Positions 56,200 to 64,000 of a DNA stretch of 64,000 nucleotides are shown in pieces; position 1 is the stretch's first letter, and every line of letters begins with the position of its first letter. Origin of the DNA: Octopus vulgaris (taxonomy: Eukaryota); the NCBI GenBank assembly GCA_951406725.2, contig OX597825.1, positions 56,544,001 through 56,608,000 of the forward strand. Direction: 5' to 3'. Made by a program: the position numbers and the translations under genes. The notes beneath the pieces are model-generated. The model was not told the DNA's origin. It was given only the letters and a program-made list of their open reading frames with translations, and searched no databases.

Positions 56200-57290
56200 A
56201 TCCCATTCGATGACAGAACTCATGAATTCTCAAAAGTGAAAGACATCATTAAATTTGAGTGGGGTAAGGCTGAAGTGCTCGTACCTCCCGACATAATAGA
56301 GGCAAAATAAGAAGACAGTATATTTCAGATGCGTATCACTCAAATGTAGAGCTGAAATAGCGTCCGTCAATCATGTTGAGAAGGCCCTCAGAGAGATTTT
56401 AATTGATGTAGTCCATAAACAGAGAGGAAGGAGGTTTGCTAGCATTGAGGTCCTCATTAAAAGGAGGACCTCGCACGAAGATACGCAGTGTCACCCTGGT
56501 GGACTGAGGAGTGTGTCCTGTATCCCTCCTACCTTTCAAAGAGGACGACTAGAATTAGGGTAAACGTCTTTTGGATTGTCACCTGTGTGATGGAGGACCC
56601 AGAGTCACTCCTGGAGGTAAAAAGAAGCAGCAGGGAGAACTAGTGCAGGATCAACTTCGAAAATTAATAATCCATGTTGAACCAGAAAATATCGACAAGA
56701 TTGCAGACCTGATCCAGTTGCCCAACGGGGTGGAACTGCGTCTCATCGTGGAAGGCAGAGAGCCCAGTTGATACATCTGTGGGGCCACAAGACACCTGAG
56801 AGCCAAAAGTGGGAGGTACGCGACCATGCCTGCAGCCTGCATCGCACCAACCAGCAACAGCAACAGCAACAACAGATATATCTTAATGAAACAGTAGCCT
56901 CATCTTCAACAACAACAGAGGCATGTGAAACCCATAGAATGGATACAACCACCTAGGGTATCTAACAAACCAGATCCCCTCACCCTCTCTCTCTCTCAAA
57001 CGTATATTCATACCAACACGCTCACACTACCACAGACACACTTCCCTAGACAGACTCTACAGACACTAGTCCCTCATCATCCCGTAGTGAAGACGAGGAA
57101 GAACCTTACAAAGCAAACATAACGTAAAAGACAAAGGAAAAAGAAAATAGATAAACCTAGAACAATATCTGAAACCACAGAAATCCCCAGCTCGTCGAAC
57201 GTAGACACAGCAAAACCAACACCAGCACCACTAGCAAAACAACCAAATCCACCAATGCACTCACAACCACATGAAGCTCCCAATAGAGCT
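56200..57290 (+). pseudogene. LINE ORF1/gag-like relic, copy C
   Basis: VEKALREILIDVVHKQRGRRFASIEVLI..LYPSYLSKRTTRIRV ... LRLIVEGREPS*YICGATRHLRAK (degenerate CCHC), then a Q/T/P/K-rich tail. Confidence 0.65.
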
Positions 57291-57479
57291 CTTTGATATT
57301 AGTGAGTGACTGGAACACCGACTTGGACGCAAGCCTGGATAGGGTGGGACTAACTGATAGCAGAGGTGGGAGTAAAAGTCGCTTCCATTTGGCTGACAGG
57401 TACCGACTGCATTTCCGAATGCGCTAATGTGGACATGGGCGAACCGCATCGAGACTTCCTGATCATATCTAGATAGAGT

Positions 57480-58460
57480 ATTTTGATCCACGTTTCAAAG
57501 TCGTCGGCTACACGGATCATAAATGGAGGAAGTTGCCACAGATCTTGATCAAGAACAAGGATCACTTTATACCAATGAAGTACAGACAACTAACTCAACA
57601 CTATAGTAAACTACCGCACATGTACGGTCTCCCTAAGACTCACAAGGATGGTATTCCATTAAGACCTATAGTGAGCTGTAGAGGTCCAGCATGTCATCCA
57701 CTGAGCCGCTTCCTTGTGGATATAATCAGTCCTTCAGCAGGAAAGTCAGTGGATTCAACCAGATGGTGTTTCTAGATGTGATGTCTGTTCACCAACTGAT
57801 GAAGCACTATCGGTGATTCAAGAAAAACCTAGTGATAGACACCCACCTAAAAGAATGTACTAGTATACCAATAGGAAATTTGATGCAAATGTTGATCTTC
57901 TGTGTAGAAACTACCTACTTCAGAATGAACACTGATGTATATCGACAGCATGAGCGTTTACCCGTGGGTTCGCCATTATTACAAATAATAGCCAATATGT
58001 ACATGGAATACTTTGAGAATTTGTCTTTAGGATCAACACCACTAAAACCAACCCTGTGGCTGCGATATGTTGATGACAGCTTCATACTCTGGTCCCACCA
58101 GGAAGATGTCCAAGTACTGTTAGATCATCTGAACTCAATAAAGCCACCCATACAGTTCACAATGGAAAAGGAAAAATACAATCAGCTAGCATTCCTGGAT
58201 GTATTAATAACACGCACCAAGAATGGATCCAGGACATCCGTATACCGCAAGCCAAACTTCACTGGACGATACCACAACTTCAATTTCCACCATCAACACA
58301 GTGTAAAGAGACGGATTGCTCAGTGCCTAAAACATCGAGCAAAGAATATAAGCAGCGATCCTGATACACAGCACGAAGGAATGATCAAGCTAAGTAACAA
58401 TCTATTAAGCAACAACTACCCCCAAAACATACTACCCACTCCAATTATGAAGAAAAGAGA
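57480..58460 (+). pseudogene. Penelope/Poseidon-type reverse transcriptase fragment
   Basis: YGLPKTHKDGIPLRPIVS, LPVGSPL..IANMYMEYFE, WLRYVDDSF, FTMEKE..LAFLDVLI, VYRKPNFTGRY. Confidence 0.92.
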
Positions 58461-58461
58461 G

Positions 58462-59450
58462 TATCAACCCATGTCATCCCTTTATGCGAGATAGGTATTC
58501 GTGTTCTATTTATATACATTTTAGAATGATAGTTTCAGAATACTGTTAGTAGTTTTCTAGTTATCGCGTCTACGCTTTTCATCGCATCTTATATTATTGA
58601 ATTGTTTAGGTTTGAGTCAATTAATTTGCATCTTCTTAAAGTAGCTTTGGGACATTTGCTACGTTCCATACTTATGTCTATATTAAAGATGAGTTTAGAA
58701 TTTATTTTTCTTTTGCTTATTGATCCATATGTGATTTACACTTATTTACAAGGGTCAATACTTGATATACGCTGAATATTGTCCCTTGTGAATAGTTAAA
58801 CTCATTCGCAGAGAGGGGTTGGTTTATAATGTGTCCACGCCAACTATAACCAACGGAGGTTTCATTCAGAAAATGTGTTAAGGAAGGCAAAGCTAGAGCA
58901 AAATAAACGAGGTGTCTCTCTCTAAACTATTTATCTTGTGGGTATGTCTGGCTTTAATAGTCTCTCTTTGTCATATGCCATATTTGATGTATTACGTTTG
59001 TATCGTAGCTGTTTTATTTATATGCAGTTATCTTCATTATCTAAGAATGTATTATACTGTTACCAGCTTTTTTTGGTAATTTTAATTTCAGTATTAGCCT
59101 GTCTTTTACAAAACCCTCTTTCTAACACTGTATTTCCTCCTCTGGTAAGATGTCATTGGCTTCTAAGTGAGCAGTCAACTTGATACGGAGTATCGGATGA
59201 AAGGATTGTGTATATTGTTGGTAAATAAATTATAGATCACTAATTTTGCTGTCGTAAGACTGTGTTCATTTTTTCACCCGTTTAAAGAATTACTATTGTT
59301 TCTCCTCCTAGTAACCATTCTTAAGTGTTAACAATTATTCTATGTTTAACAACTCATTAAATGTTGTTACAGATTCTTGACTGTTGTTTAGATGTTTCAA
59401 CAAGTAACTGGAGAGCCTTTGTCGATCTGGCAGCCTTGCATTTGCTTGCA
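58462..59450 (-). pseudogene. Old R4/Dong-type RT remnant
   Basis: EWLLGGETIVIL, HLEANDILPEE, LFCSSFA (LFC motif), DISME..SKCPKATL, VDAITRKLLT..YHSK..NRTRIP..KG*HGLI. Confidence 0.6.
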
Positions 59451-60353
59451 ATCTTTACCATATTGTTAAGCTGAGTCACGCTTGCGGTATTATTACATTT
59501 TCTTGCCCTTTCTCTTTTTATTCTTTGTTCTTATTGACGGTACTCAATGCTTTTCGCTCCAAATTCCCAACCAATATTCTACAAATTCCGTTGCTGATGT
59601 TATTGTGGTTGTTGTTGTGCCATCTATTGTTTTCATTTTGCATTTATTCTTGTTCTTTTTGTTGTTCATGTTCCTGTAAATGTGTTACTATTTGTTTCAG
59701 ATACCTTGTTCACCTTAGAGAAATGCTTAAGTTTCTTGCAGCGTCTTATTCTGTTTTCTTTTATCATTACTATTATTATTTAAAGTGCAGTTGTTGCTGT
59801 TGTTGTTGTTATTATTATTATTATCATCATTATTATTTATTAATTAATTAACTAATTAATTAATCTTCCGCTTTTATTTTCTTATCTTTCTTCTGGCTTC
59901 CTTTCCATCTCTCTTCTTCTTTCTACCCTTCAGTCTCTATCATTCATTTTCTAATTTCTATTCTTCTTATTATTGGTTTTCTTCTCTCCGGTTTTCTTCT
60001 TCTGCACTTTATTCTCTCTTCCTCATCATCTTCACCATCTTTAACACTGGAGTTGCGAATACTACTAGCACTGCTGCTCCTCCGACTATTACTACTACTA
60101 CCACTACCACCAACAACATCACCACTGCTATTACTACCACCACCACAACCACCAACACTACCACTGCCACAACTAATACTATCACCACTACAAATACTAC
60201 TGCTATCACCAACACAGCCACCACTACTACCCTACACTACTACTATTAATGTTACTCTTACCATCACTACTACTGCGGCTGAAAGTGGTCTCGGCTACTA
60301 ATTTTCTTCTTGCAACTACTTACTTCATCATAAAATTCAATCAATTCTATCAG

Positions 60354-60542
60354 AGTATTATCTCTAAAACAGTTGTAGATTTCACCATAAAATTCCCTGA
60401 CGTCACTTCACAAATCAATGACATCACTGTTCTGAATGGTTTACCTCATCTCTCAAATGGTGTTGAAGATCGTATGCGGAGAACAGATGAGAGAGCTGTT
60501 GTTTCTAGTAAAATTCTTTGTCCAGGGCGGGCATTACACGAA
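60354..60542 (+). CDS. Candidate exon or pseudo-exon of an unknown protein
   Basis: TTCTATCAG acceptor, GAA|GTAATT donor, 189 bp open phase 0-0, non-repetitive 63 aa; no recognisable domain. Confidence 0.22.
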
Positions 60543-61125
60543 GTAATTTTTACCGACAGAGACGACTGCTAGCTTTCTTGGAATTAATTATTTTTACTGG
60601 GCTTCATGATTCGATAACAATGTCCTTTACCTGAGTTTTTTTTTCCCCCTTTTAGACAGTGATAAAATTGTAAATACTTGTACACCTGTAAATAAATAAA
60701 TAAATAAATAACAAGTAATTCATTTTTAAACATAACGACACAAACGACTGACGTCAGCACACTAAATCGCAGCTAGATTTATATTGTCAAAACTACCTAG
60801 TGCTATATTTTACTATACAAAGGAATGAAGTCACCACACAAAGAGGAAAAAACAACTGAAGTCATCGTTAAACAAATGGTAGATTTAAGCACATAAACGT
60901 TTGACGTCATTGCACAAACGAACGACGTCATCACAATAACAGTTAGCTTAGAAGGAATTAAAGCGAGTCTCAAACAGCATTGCACAGAGGAATCACACCA
61001 GCATACTGACGAGAAAACATCGATTCTTGCCACAGAATGTTTTAACAACAGCAAGGTTCGTTTATTAGGTTATTCTACAAAGACTTTCTTCTTAAGACCT
61101 TATTAAAAAGCTGTACTTGCATGCA

Positions 61126-61157
<32 letters not shown>

Positions 61158-61718
61158 TGTGTGTGTGTGTGTGCTTGTGTGTGCGTGCATGTATATGCTT
61201 GTATAGTAAGCAAGCGTGTGTTTGTTCATATCACATGCATGTGTGGAAGCAAATGCATAGAAGCAAGTGTTTGTGCGTGCGTGCGTGCATGCGTGTGCGT
61301 GCATGCGTGTATGCATATGTGTGTGTTATTTCCTCCATTGAAGCGAAATATCTTGTTGCATAGGAACATATCACATTTCTGGCGAATGATATTCAATTAC
61401 TAATTTCCTTGAAAGGAGGCACGTGAAAACATGTAATCTTTCTCATTGGTAAGCCTTTAATGAGTTTCAAATGCCATTAAAATCTTACACTTAACATCAC
61501 TTCCAATGAACTCGGAGACCATGAAAATAAAGGAATAACGAAATGTTACAGTAAAAAGACGCCATTACTACTCGAGGTTATTCACAGATATCACGCTCTT
61601 TTTGGTGGGAAACAACAAATGCTTTAAGTCAATAAAATACATTTCTGATACATGTAGTACAATAATTGAGCAACATAGTGTTGTTGTTGTGTTGTTGTTG
61701 TTGTTGTTGTTGTTGTTA

Positions 61719-61752
<34 letters not shown>

Positions 61753-61761
61753 TGCTGCTGC

Positions 61762-61811
<50 letters not shown>

Positions 61812-62627
61812 CACTATAGGTCAGACCTAATCAAACTGCTGTAGCAAGATACCTGCTGAGGTTTGAACCATAACTCTCAGATTTTTCCCAGTTCAGAACC
61901 ATGAACTAATGTTATTTCCATGAAAGGAAAAATGTAACCATGAAAGTTATTTAACGTTTACGTAAATATGATTCGATCAGGCAGTACTGGTTGATTTATT
62001 ATAGTCGACACGGCAGACTTCAAACTTACGCAGCTAATTTTCCTGCCAAGGAGTTTGGCCGAAGATTCTAGAAGTTAGCTTATAGCTATACAAGCTGACA
62101 AACTGAAACCTAGGTCAAGGAACTGCTAAGCCGTCAGTGGCAATCTATGTTATTTGTATGGGCAGTTGGTCTGTCTTCCCGTCCTTCACTTTTCTTATAC
62201 AGCATGCCAATGCTACATTCACCAATACACATCAACCTTGGCTTATAGTCTCAAACAACGCACATTAATTATACGCAGTACAGAACAGATTCCAAGTTGT
62301 TACGTTCTGTCTACGTTGTTCTTTTAATTCACGGGAATGTACTTTCGTAAATATAACGACGCGGGTTGAGAAAATATTTGAAAACTGAATTAAACTTTCG
62401 TGCGGTCATTGTTTACGTGCACAACCTTCCTCACATTTTGAACAGCCAGTGAAGAACATATCGCTAACCACCATACTATGCAGTCTTGTAATCAGAAAGA
62501 TGCTAACCGTGCCTATCTCATGTTTTTATTATGTTTAGTGTAACGTTCATTTTATTTTTATTTAATGGGTTTTGTCAAAGATGGTCTGGTGTGCCTAGGG
62601 TGAAATATAGTTGTTATTTCTAGCAGC

Positions 62628-63020
62628 AATTTTGAGGCAAAGGAGTAAGTTGACACCATTGGTGCTAGTACTTGACTAGTACTTTATTTTATCATTCCCG
62701 ACATGATGAAGGGAAGGGCTGACTTTAAGAGGATTTGAACGCAGAACCTAGAGGACTGATAGAAATGAAGGGATTTCCAGCACTTAAATGATTCTGCTAG
62801 CTCAGTCGTCTTGTAATAATGATTTATAAAATTGGCACAGATCCACACATTCAGTGGGGGCAGGGGGTGTAAGGGATTTCGTCGACCCAGTTCGTCAATA
62901 GTACTTTATTTTATCGACGCTGACATTTTGGAAACCAAAATCGCTGTCTCAACGTGAATAAAAGTCAACAGATGTATGTAAATACCAGAAGGCATTTTAT
63001 TTTAAGATTCAACCATTCCT
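62628..63020 (-). mobile_element. Two old SINE family A remnants
   Basis: TAGTACTTTATTTTATC..GGATTTGAAC..ATTCTGCTAGCTC motifs. Confidence 0.55.
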
Positions 63021-63066
63021 GCAAATAGAAGTTGATTTTCCGATGAAAATCGGTTTTTCTGCCGGT

Positions 63067-63230
63067 CGCAGCAGAAATGTCACCATTCTTCATTTTCTCT
63101 AGTAAAAGGAAGACGCGATTTGAACCCTGAATGCAGACAGCCAGAACCGCGCAGCAGAAATGTCACTGTTCTTAATTTTCTCCGATAAGAGGAAGATTCA
63201 ATTTGAATCCTAAATGCAGACAGCCAGAAC
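63067..63230 (+). repeat. 83-bp tandem duplication
   Basis: CGCAGCAGAAATGTCAC..AATGCAGACAGCCAGAAC occurs twice. Confidence 0.85.
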
Positions 63231-64000
63231 TGATATCACAAAGCAGATTCGCAAACGCTCTGATAATTCCATCAATCTTCGACCAGTAATTTATTTACAT
63301 AATTTATTTAAAAAAGATTAATAAACAGAAAAAAAAGAAGTAGCCGTGTGTTGGATGCGAACTCAGAATGTAGGATTACTTACTACAAAACAATCCTTAC
63401 GATGCTGCCAATTTTCACTTCATTCTGACATAAAGCGAATAAGGTACAATCGATTACATTTACCCAAACGCATGAGGGATAGTGAGCCCCTCGCAGCCCG
63501 GCGGCTGAAACACAAACAAAATTCATCCAGGTGGAATTTGAAACCAGAATTTCAAAGACATTTAGATAAACAACACGCTTTCTGTTCACTCTGCTACTGG
63601 TACTACTATTTCATAGTCTTAATATTTAAGGAGTATTAAATAGTTAATACTCAGGGGATTCCTTCTTTTAGTCGATATTAAAGGCAGAAATATCATTTAG
63701 TTGTTCAATCGATAAAATTCAATTACAGAAATTATTTATTTTCTATTAAAAATTATTATTTTTTTGTGTACGTGTTCTGTGAATATGTGTGTTTGTAAAA
63801 TGTGAGTGAATGTGTGTGGGTATGTTTGCATACATGTTTATATCTGTAAATGCATATATAAAGATATATACACACACACAAACCTGTATACATACATACA
63901 CGTACGCACGCATATATGTGCATGTAAGTACACATACAGATAACATATACACACACATGAACACACGCATGCACGCACGCACACATATATATTTATATAC

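Noticed and set aside
60631-60685. 55-bp minus-strand micro-exon (TTTACAG..CAG|GTAAAG)
   Set aside because: The acceptor derives from a (TTTA)n repeat, there are no partner exons, and it conflicts with the + strand candidate

Overview
AT-rich, eukaryotic, microsatellite-saturated intergenic or intronic DNA. The SINE families and simple-repeat load strongly resemble an octopus (coleoid cephalopod) genome, which is an inference and was not checked. No intact host gene can be supported, and nearly all ORFs in the track are translations of (AT)n, (AC)n, (TAA)n or (CAT)n tracts. The window is a dense set of decayed transposons: one Tc1 and several mariner copies and MITEs with TIRs and TA target sites; at least four tRNA-derived SINE families; an L1/Tx1-type LINE; five R4/Dong-type remnants, four of them in or beside (TAA)n tracts; three Penelope-like fragments (two RT, one GIY-YIG); and Helitron-like termini. 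Most notable: (1) three diverged copies of the same ORF1/gag-like coding relic with no attached endonuclease, suggesting a HAL1-like ORF1-only retroelement family; (2) a set of type I hammerhead-ribozyme-like motifs, some in retrozyme or pLTR-like repeat arrangements; (3) a local templated insertion, several long inverted repeats, a YY1/CArG motif cluster and one candidate exon or pseudo-exon region. All alignments and folds were done by eye.
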